Assembly: GCF_018350175.1 (NCBI RefSeq)
Contig: NC_058369.1
Location: 19,036,001-19,100,000 of the forward strand
Reading direction: 5' to 3'
DNA from: Felis catus
Taxonomy: Eukaryota
Length of the DNA: 64,000 bases
Shown: piece after piece, positions 48,482 through 60,940 of the stretch
How the letters are laid out: each line of letters opens with the position of its first letter
How positions within the stretch are numbered: the first letter of the stretch is position 1
Program-made: the position numbers and the translations under genes
Notes under the pieces: model-generated
What the model saw: the letters and a program-made list of their open reading frames with translations, nothing else
Database searches by the model: none
Told to the model about the DNA's origin: nothing

Positions 48482-50549
48482 CGTTTATTATTAAGAGACA
48501 GAGCATGAGCATGGGAGGGGCAGAGAGAGGGGGAGACAGAATCCAAAGCAGCCTCGAGGCTCTGAGCCGTCAGCACAGAGCCCGATGCAGGATTCAAACT
48601 CATAAACCATGAGATCATGACCTGAGCCAAAATAGGACGCTCACCTGACTGAGCCACCCAGGTGCCCCTAAGAATGTTTTAATAGCCTACTCTGCTTGTC
48701 ACTGGGGCTTATAGCAAGGTCAGTGTTGGTCTTTGTGCCCGTGGGAATCAGTGTACTGAGGAAGATTGACACTGAGCGATTACTGACATGATGAGAGAAT
48801 GAGTACAGCAAGCTATTGATAGCATCTTCCCTGAAGAAAGTGTTTAAGCTCAGACCTCAGACTTCTCCTGGTTTTGTTTTCTAGCTTTATTTTGCCACTT
48901 TAAGGGAAATACTGCTATTGGAAATAAGGTGTAAAGTATTCCATATATTTTTAAGGCAGTACTTTGGGTATTGTTCAAAAGTAGTAATGGGTGTGAAAGG
49001 TGTGTCTGTCACCCTACAATGTCTCTGGGCAGTTCCCTGAGCCTTTGATCAGGATGCCAGCTACATAAGGGCAAGATCTTGGGTAATTTTCTTTACTACT
49101 CTATTCCTAGGGTCTAACAACAGTAGGCACCCAATAGATGAGAGAATAATGCCTCATGAATAATACTAGTTGAATCCAGTTTTGATTGCATATCTCTGTC
49201 AGTTTATCAAAGCCCATCTCTTGACAAAAGAAATCAGTTTCTTGGTCTAGGCAAGAGTTCTCACATAAGTCTACTTATTCTGGAGTAGCCTGAGATCAAA
49301 ATATGTTAACTAGTTTTTTTCTTTTGCCAAGTTGTGGAGAATTAAGGAAAAAAAGATAAGATCATTATTTCATTAAGGTAACTTTGTTTTTCATATTTAC
49401 TTAATTTATTTTGAGAGAGGGAGGGAGTGTGCATGTGTTTGAACAGAGGAGGAGCAGAGAGAGAGAATCCCAAGCAGGCCCCATGTTGTCAGCGCAGAGC
49501 CTGACACAGGGCTCAATCCCACAAACTGTAAGATCATGACCTGAGCAGAAACCAGGAGTCAGACGCTCAGCTGACTGAGCCACCCAAGTACCCTGAGAAC
49601 TGTTGTTTTGTTTTGTTTTGTTTTTTACTTCAGAACATTAGGAAAAGCAGTCTTAAAGGACTTTGCTCTATATTGAACATATGTGGCTTTATTTAAAACA
49701 AGAAACGGGTGCCTGGCTGGCTCATTTGGAGCATGCAACTTGATCTCAGGTTGTGGGTTTGAGCCCCATGTTGGGTATGGAGATTATTTAAGAATAAAAT
49801 CTTAAACAATAACTATTGTCTTTGTTTCTTTATTAGCTGGGATCTTGTTAAACTTTTCCAGACCCACATCAGCTGCCAGACAGGCCGTTGGGGGCACTGC
49901 TCTGGAGCTCAAATGGGCAGTGTCCACAAAAAAGATCAGCTACCAGAGAATTTGGGAGGGTGGCACTTCCTTCTGGATGGAGGGCATCTTTTTTTTCTAG
50001 GCAACTTCTTCAAGTTTAAGGATGATTATGTGCCATTTATGAACAGCCATACAGCTTTTATGGCAGGTAATGAGCCCAATCCAGCAAGCACCTCAGGGAT
50101 ACTCAGAAGTGCTTGTTGAACTGCTTTGGGAACGAGGCAGTCAAGTGCTAGTGGCCATTAAGTCTAGCAGGTTCTGGAATCTTGGCATCTACATCATCCA
50201 TTTTGGGGTTTACCTTTCTCTATGTTTAACTTTTATATCTTCTTTTTTTTAAGCAGGCTCCACACCCAGCGTGGAGCCTAATGCAGGGCTTGAACCCACA
50301 ACCCTGAGATAGAGACCTGAGCTGAGATCAAAAATCAGGCACTTAACCTACTGAGCCACCCAAGTGCCCCTATGTTTAACTTTTAAATTTCATTGAACAC
50401 ATATTTGAGTCCCGTGGTCACATACTTTTACTTTTATCTGGTGATGGAAGTTTTACATACATCTACTCTTCCCCTGTGACTTTGACACTATATATAAATA
50501 CGTACATACGTGTGAAAAGGTGTGTGTGTGTGTGTGTGTGTGTGGATAC

Positions 50550-50897
50550 TGTGATGATCTGCATGTGTCCCCTCCCCTCACCAAATTCATACATTGAAAT
50601 CCTAACCCCCAAAGGTAATGGTATTAGTAGGTGAGGACTTTGCAAAATGATTAAGTTCATGAAGATGGAGTCATTATATATGGGATTAGTGCTCTTGTAA
50701 AAGAGATCCCACAGAGCTTCCTAGTACCTTCTACCATGTGAGGATACAACAAGAAGTCTGCGACCCAGAAAAGGACCTTCATTTGACCATGCTGGCCCCT
50801 GCTTTGACTTCCCAGCCTCCAGAACTGTTGAAAAATAATTTTTTGTTGTTTATAAGCTACCCAGTCTGTGGTATTTATAGCAGCCTGAACCAAGACA
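50550..50897 (+). mobile_element. MLT1A-type MaLR solo LTR
   Basis: aaattcatacattgaaatcctaacccc...gggattagtgctcttgtaaaagag...cccagcctccagaactgt...gcagcctgaaccaagaca. Confidence 0.85.
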
Positions 50898-50904
50898 GAC
50901 AGAC

Positions 50905-50969
<65 letters not shown>
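50894..50969. repeat. (GACA)3(GATA)16 tetranucleotide microsatellite
   Basis: Read directly; it begins in the terminal GACA of the MLT1A LTR. Confidence 0.97.
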
Positions 50970-50970
<1 letters not shown>

Positions 50971-52699
50971 AGAGGAGAGAGGAAGAAGAAAGCTATGTTA
51001 CCCATTGTTCCAAAATCAGAAATTTCTACCTTTCCATCTGTTGTTAGGTTTTTTGATTACCCAGAGTTTCCAGATAACCCATAGTTAAAACATGTTTAAA
51101 GAACATGTTTCCGGGGCGCCTGGGTGGCTCAGTCGGTTAAGCGGCTGATTTCAGCTCAGGTCATGATCTCGCGGTCCGTGAGTTCGAGCCCCGCGTCGGG
51201 CTCTGTGCTGACAGCTCAGCGCCTAGATGGAGCCTGTTTTCAGATTCTGTGTCTCCCTCTCTCTGACCCTCCCCCGTTCATGCTCTGTCTCTCTCTCTCT
51301 CAAAAATAAATAAACGTTAAAAAATAAAAATAAAAAAAGAACATGTTTCCTAGATGCTTTCCCACGAAAAAGATTTTACAGTATATTTGAAGCTTCTGGC
51401 TTGGAATCTACTCACCAACATCCTTTTACTTACTCTTTGAAGATCTCTTATCCAAAGAACATGGGTGCAGTTTTCTATAACCGATATCTGCCTTGTCATG
51501 GTCTAACTTTTAATACTTTTTTAAAAGTAATCTCCACACCCAATGTGGAACTCAAACCTACAAACCAGAAATTAAGAATCACATTCTCCACTGACTGAGT
51601 CAGCCAGGTGCCCCTAATTTTTCATGTGTGTATATGTGACCTGAAAAAAACAGTTCCACTAAAATATCTCTATAAATAATGCCAAAGGGCAAATTATGCT
51701 AACTAAATGGCACTGGAACACCACCGTCTTTCTGACCAGTCCCAGGCCAAAATACCTCTTTTAATTACCCAAGAACCCTTGCCTTATTCCACCCCAAATA
51801 TTACACATTTGGCTTTGGTAGTGGATTTATTTGTTCACTCAACAAATATCTATTGTGTACATACCATGTACCAGGTATCAGTAGAGACACTGGGGATAGG
51901 TACAGTAGTGAATGAACTAAACAGACACAAGTCCCTGACCTTCTGGAGCTTTGGTAGCTGAGGGCATGGACTCTGAAATCAAGCTTATTAATTCAAATCC
52001 CAGTTCCACTACTATTAACTCTGTGTAACCTACTCTCTCAGACAAGGTTACTGATGATGGCTTTGACTAGGTGAACAGCAGTTGAAGCAGTCTAGAAGTG
52101 GTCAGATGCTAAATTTACATTTTGAAGATAGTCAACAGGATTTACTAATAGATTGGGTGCAAGGGAGAAAAGACATAGATGACTGACTCCAGGGTTTTTG
52201 TCCTGAGTAACTGGAAGTAAGGAGTTGCCATTTATAAGTTGAGAAGGGCTGTGAAGGGGATGATGGTGAGTTTTGACTGTAATTTTGAGATGCCATTAGA
52301 CATCCCAACTACTAACTTAAATTAACCCTGGAAAATGACTTTCAGGAGCCTGTGCCTTGGATTGGAGAATATCAATCAAATGACACTCTGAAGATCTGCC
52401 TTCAAGAATTCTCTTAATTTCAGAGTGCCTGGCTGGCTCAGTCAGAAGAGCATATGACTCTTGACCTCAGGGTTGTGAGTTCAGCCCCATGTGTTGGATA
52501 TAGAGATTACTTCTAAAGAAAAAAAAATTTTTTAAAGAATTCTTTTAACTTCCACAAACCTCATTTTCCTCACCTGCAAACTGGGTTTAATAACCATCTC
52601 ATAGATTATAAAAATGAAAATAGGTATTTCTAAAGCACTTAGCCCAAACAATCTAGAGTCCAATAATGCAATAGTCGGTCAACTAACCTTAGTTCTCTT

Positions 52700-53900
52700 A
52701 AAACTGGGTTACACGTGACGTTTTACATCGTGTCAGTGAACACAAACTGTACTCTTTTAAGGCCTTTGTAACAAAGGCAAAGAATTACCAATAAAGGTAA
52801 GAGTTCTAATCTGGGTCTGCAAATGGCAGATTGGCAACTCCGCCCTTGGTTTTGAAAAACAACAACAACAACAACGAAATGCGCAGGAAATTAACACAGG
52901 GCGTGAGTGACAGGATGCCTTAGCGACCACACTTCCCAGCAGTCTACGCGCAGTCAGACACCGTCGCGGATTGGACGCCACCTCAAGAGGCTGGTGGTGC
53001 GGGGGAGGGGACAGGCGCGAGGTACTGTGGGTAGGAGACGGCCGTCGGCCGAGGCGCCATTTTGTGAGGCAGCCGTACCCTGTTGGAGATTCTGGGGCAC
53101 AAAACCGCTACTTCTGCCACTTCGGTCTCTCCTGGGGGTAAGTGCGGCAGCCACCCGTAAAGACCAGCAGTTCATGCTTTTGAGGCAAGCCTCGTGCAGC
53201 TTCCCTGACAGCCGCGGGCGGCGGCCGATCAGTCCCAGCCGCATCTCTAGAGTAGCTACCCGAAGCATTGGAGGGCCGCGCCCCTGCTCGCCGCCTGCGC
53301 TGTCAGCTCTCGGAGGGCGTCCTCCCGCCCAACCTGAGGCCCACTTTTTTTCGGGCGCTTGACTGTACCCCTGCCGGAACGCATTTCCAACTCCCCAACC
53401 CAGCTGAATGTGGAGCCATCGCCTGTCCTTCGGGTACTTCTCGGGGGTGTCCGGCAGTTTTTAGCCGCCATCGCCCCGCAGCTGCAGTTGAATCCGCCTA
53501 TCCAGGAGGAGGTTCGGTGAAGGCTGATCTGCGGGCTGGGAGCCTCTTGGGGTTCGGGAGGGGCATGTGCAGGCAGAAAGGGAAAGCCGGACGCCGGAGT
53601 GGGTCGCGCAGGCAGTGGCGCCGCCATCTCGGCTGCAACACCCCACGGAGGTGGGTCCAGGCGCTGCCCGAGACACAAGGGGCGGCATCTGAGATTCTGC
53701 TCAGGACCTTATTTCTCCCAGGTGGTTCTCTTCCATTTATTAATTCAGCAAATGTTCGTTGAGCGCCTGCTCCGGAACAGGCGCCAGGGACGGCTGTAAC
53801 TAGTTTCTCAGACCTCGCACGCATCGAACGCGGTCTAGCTGTGTGATGTTTTATTACCACCAGGGCGCTGCGGGGCCTAGTTGGTCGCCTCAAGGGCTTG
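52700..53900 (+). promoter_or_regulatory. RBM5: RBM5 CpG-island promoter region
   Basis: The only extended CpG-rich non-repeat segment of the window (~52860-53890). YY1-type motifs GGCGCCATTTTG (53053-53064) and GCCGCCATC (53464, 53620), CACGTG at 52712, CCAAT/ATTGG motifs near 52788, 52830 and 52970. Confidence 0.85.
53040..53137 (+). other. RBM5: RBM5 non-coding exon 1 (start approximate)
   Basis: Donor GGG|gtaagt at 53138. The sequence gttggagattctggggc...cttcggtctctcct resembles the recalled human RBM5 5'UTR. Confidence 0.8.
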
Positions 53901-54557
53901 TGGTGGTTATTGTTGCTGAGGAATTAAGTCGAGTCGAGGTTTGCTCTTGTCTTACTGAAATATGAAATAGCTTTGGATCAGCCGTTACGTTATAAATGGA
54001 GTAGATTTCAATCAGCACGGCATTCTGGCTTCTAAAATGTTTCAACTTTTCATCAGAAAATACTGAATTTCATGTTGCTGCTTGTATTAATAAAGACACT
54101 TTGATTAATGTTTTGAAAAGGTCAACTACCCCGTTGGAGTTGCTTTGATTAGAACACAGGGAGCTGATTGCATCTCTGCCTTTTTTGCTTTGTAATCCTA
54201 AAGTAGGGGAAGGGAAGGAGTTTTTTTCCTGTATTCTTTTATGAGTTTGTTATCAAATAGAAAATCTAATATTTTAAAGTATGCCTCATCTTCCTGCTGT
54301 GCTCATTTCAGTAAAACCTTAGTGTGATTTTAATATTGACAGTTGATTCCCACCTCCCTCCTCTCCTACCTCCCCGCCGCCACCTTGTATAATCACTGTT
54401 AATAATTTGATGAAATTCCAACCTCAGCAGTGTCCTAGCTTATGGAATGATGGCCTTAAGTGATCTCTCAAATTTTCAGTGATCAGTCTCTCTTATTTCC
54501 TAGAAAAAAACAAAATTTGAACCTTTTGGAGCAGAGTGCTACATCTTCAGTAGGACA

Positions 54558-54574
54558 ATGGGTTCAGACAAACG
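54558..54574 (+). CDS. RBM5: RBM5 exon 2 coding part (exon spans 54504-54574): MGSDK(R)
   Basis: Acceptor tcttatttcctag (AG 54502-03), ATG in Kozak context acaATGg at 54558, donor ACG|gtaagt. Confidence 0.93.
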
Positions 54575-56220
54575 GTAAGTTACTAGCCTACCTGTCTTTG
54601 TTCACAACATTTCATTGGGAAACTGAACTACTTGTTAAAAGTTGATTGTTTATCAAACAAATGTAAGGGACTATCTTGTGCCAGGCATTGCTGTTAGCCC
54701 CTTCATGAGCCTTGCTCTCACAAGCAGGTGGCTTAGTGAAAGAATTGAAGTACTGTGTGAACTCTGCTATATAAAAGAAGTCGAGGGTGCTGCTAGAACA
54801 CATAGGAAGCATGTGTTTTCCTGGAGACATCTAGGAAAGCTTCCTGGAGAAAGTAATCTTTAAGGTGAAGCCTGAGGATAAGTAAGAATAAAGGAGGGCA
54901 GGGTGGAGTGGTTCACTGAGAGTTCCCAGTGTGGAAAACAGCCTGTGCAAAAGCCAGGAGAGATCATACAGTCTGCCACTTTACATAGTACCCGGCTGTA
55001 GCAAGCAATCAGTGAATGCCAGTTCTTGTTACTGTCCACTCCATAGCAAGATGATCCAGATTTATGGAAGCTCTGGACTATGGACTACATGAAAAATAAA
55101 TGAATTGAAAAATTGCTAAAGAATTAGTAGAAAATTAAGATGACAGCATTTGGCTGCTCTGTCATCTGGGGATTCTCCCACCCAGACCATTTGATTTGAA
55201 TACTCGACTTTTACTTATTCATTCCTCCTCAGTATTCAGGCTGGTCCCAGTGGTAGATCAAATCAAATTAACAGCCCAAAGAGACTCAGGAAAAGTTCTT
55301 GTCACATGATGTCATTGTTCTAATGCTGTGTTAGCAGTCTGTGATTCCAAATAACTTACTAAACTAACATTTACCCTTTTAGGGTTTCCAGTCCCTATAG
55401 TTCACATCATGAAGTAGTCCTAGATTACTTGTTCTGTTGGTTTCTTTTTAGTAAATTTGTATTCTCTAAATGAGGCACTTCTAAGCCTTTCCTTTGTCTT
55501 ATCCTTACACGGTTTTATGAACCTGATAAACAGTTTATGAAAAAACTAGATCTTTGGTCAAATGGGATTAAGCCTCTTGTTATTAGATTTTCCTGTGAGA
55601 CCTAACGCTGCCAAGTAACCAAAAATAAACCAGATGTTCTAGGAAATGATGTTCTCTGCTGGTGCTAGTTAGTAACAAATGAACTTGGTTAACTGCCTGA
55701 TAAGGAAAAAAAAACAAAAAACAAAAACTAATTTAATTCATCCAGGTTGTTGGTCCATTTCCCAGTAGTGTGATACCCTGGAGAGTGGATGAGTCAGAAC
55801 ACTCTCTCCTTTGAAATTGGGTGAAATGCTAAAAATTGCTTTCTTCCTATTTTTGATCACTAAGATCTGAATCAGGGATGGAAGGGGTGATATGTGTGTA
55901 GACTACAGGCTTGGGAATATGCAGGATAAACTTGGACAACCTGACCTTTGTAAAAAAATATTAAACCCAGACATTTGATACCCATATTTTCAGATTTAGC
56001 ATTATCTCCTGAAAGTTATTTTTTCCTTTAAGGAATTTAGATGTTTTTCCTAGTAGTTGTCTTTATAAACTAGAATTTGGTGATCACATTTTGAGGGATA
56101 CTTTAAACTATTTTCGTATCTTATAAACTGAGCTATAGGGGTATGTGTTTTCTACCATGTTTTCTAAAGGTATAAAATGTGATTTACTTTAGAGTAAATG
56201 AAAATTATTTTCCCTGGCAG

Positions 56221-56386
56221 AGTGAGTAGAACAGAGCGTAGTGGAAGGTACGGTTCCATCATAGACAGGGATGACCGGGATGAGCGTGAATCCAGAAGCA
56301 GGCGGAGGGACTCAGATTACAAAAGATCTAGTGATGATCGGAGGGGCGACAGATACGACGACTACCGAGACTATGATAGCCCAGAG
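56221..56386 (+). CDS. RBM5: RBM5 exon 3 (RD/RS-rich N-terminus): VSRTERSGRYGSIIDRDDRDERESRSRRRDSDYKRSSDDRRGDRYDDYRDYDSPE
   Basis: Acceptor ttttccctggcag, donor GAG|gtgagt. 166 nt; peptide matches the RBM5 N-terminus. Confidence 0.97.
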
Positions 56387-57152
56387 GTGAGTGGTCAGTA
56401 ATTGGTGTGAAATAGTTAGATTATGAATTGTATGCACAAAGCCTTTAAGATTCTGGAAATGAAATAAGTATACCAAGTGTAGAACTCTCTGTTGAGTATT
56501 ATATTCAAATTCTATTATTCTGAAATCTGTTGAGATAACTCTAACCCTCAAAGACAGCTGAGCCTCTGGTGATAGAAATTACTGGCCAGGATTTACATAG
56601 GGCTCACCGTGCACCAGGCACTCTTTTGAGCACTTGACTTACATGAACTCGTGTAGGTCTCATTACAACTTACGGTACATGTCTTCCCATTTTAAAGATG
56701 AGGCAATTGGAGCGTAATAATATACCAATACTGTGCCTCAGATGCTACTTCTGAAAGTTGTAGTTTCAGTCACCATAGTTTTTTCTCATTTCTATATGTA
56801 AATAGAGCTTTGTTTAGAAGTAATTGTGTTGCCCATATAATTATGCAGGGCTTTTTTTTCATGCATACAATCTTCATATTGTGACAGGTCATGTAGTATT
56901 TCACTGTGTGTTAGTGTACTGTACAGTGAGTTGTTAAACCGTTCTTCCTGAACTAATGGTTATGGCCCTTCTTTTTTTGTTGTTTTTTTTGTTTGTTTTG
57001 TTTTTTGTGTTTGTTTTAGAAACACTACAGTGAACATCATCATAGAGTTCCAGTATCCTCTCTGTTGTTCCTAAAGATAAATTCCTAGGGCCTGGATCAA
57101 AGAATATAAACCCAGTGTGATTTTAATTGTAATTTTATTTATTATAAATCAG

Positions 57153-57308
57153 AGAGAACGCGAAAGAAGGAACAGTGACCGATCCGAAGATGGCTACCAT
57201 TCAGATGGTGACTATGGCGAGCATGACTACAGGCATGACATCAGTGATGAGAGGGAGAGCAAGACCATCATGCTGCGCGGGCTTCCCATCACCATCACAG
57301 AGAGCGAT
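57153..57308 (+). CDS. RBM5: RBM5 exon 4: RERERRNSDRSEDGYHSDGDYGEHDYRHDISDERESKTIMLRGLPITITESD (start of RRM1)
   Basis: Acceptor ataaatcag, donor GAT|gtaagg. 156 nt; RNP2-like IMLRGL. Confidence 0.96.
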
Positions 57309-58837
57309 GTAAGGGGAGACAGCAGTTATAATGAGCAGTCCAGTAGGCACAACCAATTTGGAACTTCTGCCATTTTTTGTGCTATTGTTTTATCTCAAAC
57401 TAACATCTCAGCTAGTGAAGTATATTTCTGTCTTTAAGATGGAGTTCTTTCAACTTGGTTCAGAAGTTAATTACCATTTATATTTAGACTTTGAAGCTCA
57501 ACGTAGAGGAGGTCTTATTCCTTCAGTAGCCCTTAGAAGGTAGTTTTTTATTTTTATTTTTATTGAATTGGTTACTTACTCAGGATGTATCAGCAAAAAC
57601 ATTTTCTTCATGATCTGGCCACCTTTGATTTGATGAAAATTATACTATCCATTTGAGACCTAAGAACCCTGTTGAAAAGGAAGGCCATTACTTGGCTCCC
57701 CACTCCTAGAACTGGCCAACAAGGGCCTTGGTATACTGGGCGCTATCTGATTTTCACTGGCATCTCTGGCCCTCACCCATTCCTTCTAGCCACATCCACC
57801 ACCTGCCTCCCCTGCAGGCCACTTCAAATATGTTCATTGTTCTACCAGTGTGCCTTTTTCTGCTTGAAGTCTCCATTATGTGAAGCCTTCCCTGATCTAC
57901 TAGGCAGACTGGTGTTAGAAGAGGTCCTGTTGAAAGAGGTTCTGCAGAATGTCCTGGTGGGGGGAAAAAGAAAGAAAGAAAAAGGGCTGCCTGGCTGGCT
58001 GGCTCACTTGGTAGGGCATGCTACTACTGAACTTGGGGTTGTGAGTTCAAGCCCCATGTTGGGAGTAGAGGTTATTATTACTTAAAGTTTACTTACTTAT
58101 TTTGAGAGCGAGAGCAGGCATAAGCAGAGGAGGGGCAAAGAGAGGAGAGAGAGAATCCCAAGCAGACTCTGTACTGTCAGCTTGGAGCCTGACTCGGGGC
58201 TGGAACTCCTAACCCTGAGATCATGACATGAGCTGAAACCAAGAGTCAGACTCTTAACCAACTGAGCCACCCAGGTGTCCCTGGAGTAGAATTGTTTTTT
58301 TTTTTAATGTTTGTTAATTTTTGAGAAAGAGACAAAGACAGAGTGCGAGCCAGAGAGGGAGACAGAATCCGAAGCAGGCTCCAGGCTCCAGTCTGTCAGC
58401 ACTGAGCCCAAGGTGGGGCTCGAACCCATGAACCGTGAGATCATGACCTGATCTGAAGTCGGACAGATCTGAGCCACCAGATCTGAGCCATCCAGGTGCC
58501 CCCCCCCTTTTTTCTTAATGTCTCTGGGGGTTTAAGGGAGGTTTTATTAGTGGAGGGTAAAGAAGGGTTCCAGGGAGATCTTAGTTGAACTGATTCTTGA
58601 GGGATAGAAAGAAATGTTTGGGTTTGGTGGAGAACTGGGGGAAAGGTGTAGACTGCACTTCTAGGCAGTAGGGTAACATAAGCACACCTGGAAATAGATT
58701 CTGAATTTAGTCAAGGCATTGAACCAGGTTGATTTGGCTGATGTTAAAGGCTTTTGGCAGGGGTGAGGGATGTGGGAAGGTGCTGTTGAGGCCAGGCTCT
58801 GGAATCTTTAAAAGCCCAGCTAAGTATAAAGTTACTG

Positions 58838-59240
58838 GGACACCTGGGTAGCTCAGTTGGTGTAAACACTAGAGCTTCTGACTCTTGATTTCAGCTCAGG
58901 TCATGATTTCATGCTCAGCATGGAGCCTGCTTGAGATTCTTTCTTCCTTTGGGGCGCCTGGGTGGCGCAGTCGGTTAAGCGTCCGACTTCAGCCAGGTCA
59001 CGATCTCGCAGTCCGTGAGTTCGAGCCCCGCGTCGGGCTCTGGGCTGATGGCTCGGAGCCTGGAGCCTGTTTCCGATTCTGTGTCTCCCTCTCTCTCTGC
59101 CCCTCCCCCATTCATGCTCTGTCTCTCTCTGTCCCAAAAATAAATAAAAGTTGAGATTCTTTCTTCCTCTGTTCCTCTTGCCCGCTTGTGCACGCACAGT
59201 CTCTCTCTCTCTCTCTAATAAAATTTAAAAAAAAAAAAAA
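58838..59240 (+). mobile_element. Older Can-SINE interrupted by a young SINE (58951-59150)
   Basis: TSD TTGAGATTCTTTCTTCCT at 58931-58948 and 59151-59168. Confidence 0.9.
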
Positions 59241-59956
59241 GGTACTAAGGGCTTTTCCTAGTAGCAAAAGCTATGCAAGTTAGAATGTTGGAGGAAAGAA
59301 TGGTAGTGGGTAGACAGGGAAGGCAGAGATGAGCACAGGTAGGGGCAACGGTGGGCATGTAGAATAAGATGCAGGAAATGCAGGAGGAGTCCATTTAGGA
59401 AAGTTTGCTTGTTAAGCAGGTTGTTCCCTTGAGTAGTCTGCTGACCTGTGATCCTGGGAGTCTGCAGGGGAAGTGAGTAGCATGGAGAAGCAGTGCTCTA
59501 GCTGACTTGGGGAACCTCCCTGCTGGCAGTGAAACAAGATTGTAATGCTTTTGTATTTCAGGCTTCTTCAGGGAAATAGAATCGCCTACCATAAGAAGGC
59601 TGGTTTTCAAAGTAGAATTTCTCAGGCCCCCAAATTATGTAGTATATCTTAGCAGATTCATTTGTTGAGGTTTTAAAACATTTTAAAATTATAGTATTTA
59701 ATCGCCTGGACTTCAGTTTATCATTTTCATTATTGTTTATCTTTTTTTGTTTAGCCCTCCCTCCCACTGACTGACATGAACTCTTACAATAACTATCTTT
59801 AGTTACTATGTTACTATATGTTACTGTTACCACTGCTTTTGTGGTAACTATCTTTAGTTATTCTGATGACCAGTTAGTTATTACTAAGCATGGACCTGAG
59901 TCACATGGTGGGGTCTGGCTCTGTGTAGAACTTCTACTCTGTGGAAAAAATAGACA

Positions 59957-60940
59957 TAGTCAATTCTCTTTCTTTGGGGTGGTTATGGTCGGTTTATAAA
60001 GTCATTGCAAATAGAATACTGAATACTGAACTATCACTCCTAGAGAAGATACAAAGTTAGGTTCCTGTGAGCCTCTGGTCACAACATTTTCATCAACAGA
60101 TCAATACATAACCTTGTTTTAGGTGCATTTTGGTTTAGAGATACCTTATTTAATATATATTGTTGATTCATAAACCTTGAACTCACATCTAGCCACACTA
60201 TAACTTGTGCCTGAATGAAGCTTGTCTTACATACATATTTTTTCTGTAAGGGACATCATAGCCTTCTTGCATTCAGGAACACTAGACAGAAACTCCAGCA
60301 CTACATTTGGAGAGCCATTTTATTCTTTATTTTAAATTTTTTTATTGTTTTATTTTAAAGCACAAGTGGGGAGATGGCAGAGAGAGAGAGGGAGAATTTT
60401 AAGCAGGCTTCACTGTCAGCTCAGAGCCCAACACAGCGCTTGGTCCCATGACCCTAAGATCATGACCTGACCCAAAATTAAGGGTTGATGCTCAACTGAC
60501 TGAGTCACCCAGGTGCCCCTGGAGCACCATTTTAGATAGTGAAATCACCAGAGCGCCTGGCTGGCTCAGTTGGTAGAACATGTGACTCTTAATATCAGGG
60601 GTTGTGAGTTCAAGCCTCATGTTGGGTACAGAGGTTACTTCAAAACAAAACAACTAGGTAGATATATGGATAGTGAAATCAACCAAAGGTACAAAAATGT
60701 GATACACTTGGCACTAAATAGATAGTGAAAAAGATACTTGCTTACATTATGAAAGCTGAAACCAGGCAAAACATCACCCTGGCCTGGGACAGGTGCATCA
60801 AGTGACTCAAACCTTTCCTTCTCCTGCATATGTCCACAGATGACTTGGAAGTGCCAAAAGTATTGATTTGGAGTTAACAAATTTCAGTGAATGGGCAAAT
60901 TTGCAAACACAGAATGCACAAATAATGAGGATCGATAGTG
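59957..60940 (-). mobile_element. Tigger7/MER44-type DNA transposon interrupted by two SINEs (~60330-60519 and ~60552-60645)
   Basis: TIR-like ends (t)agtcaattctc and aataatgaggatcgat. Internal gttaggttcctgtgagcctctggtcacaacattttcatcaac matches the recalled consensus. Confidence 0.75.

Larger units (their letters stand above)
19456..58502. mobile_element. Further dispersed Can-SINEs (approx. starts 19456+, 20200-, 25872+, 26980-, 27360-, 28055-, 28288+, 29955-, 31065-, 34040+, 34254+, 34971+, 41168+, 42241+, 42991+, 44076+, 44724+, 48452-, 49395-, 49707+, 50240-, 51113+, 51515-, 52424+, 57985+, 58085-, 58295-)
   Basis: Diagnostic SINE sequences, including short tRNA-like old forms. The span is a range, not one element. 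Confidence 0.85.

Noticed and set aside
52954..53893. Several overlapping 66-164 aa ORFs on both strands near the RBM5 start
   Set aside because: Expected from stop-codon depletion in a GC-rich CpG island, with no recognisable domains. Only the frame matching RBM5 was kept, as a speculative finding.
8..59197. Dozens of 60-130 aa ORFs with recurring motifs (GTWVAQSVKRPTSAQVMIS, GAPGWRSRLSVRLQPGHDL, ERERERE, LSLSLS) that look like a repeated protein family
   Set aside because: They are translations of Can-SINE bodies and their (CT)n tracts, bounded by TSDs and A-tails, not genes.
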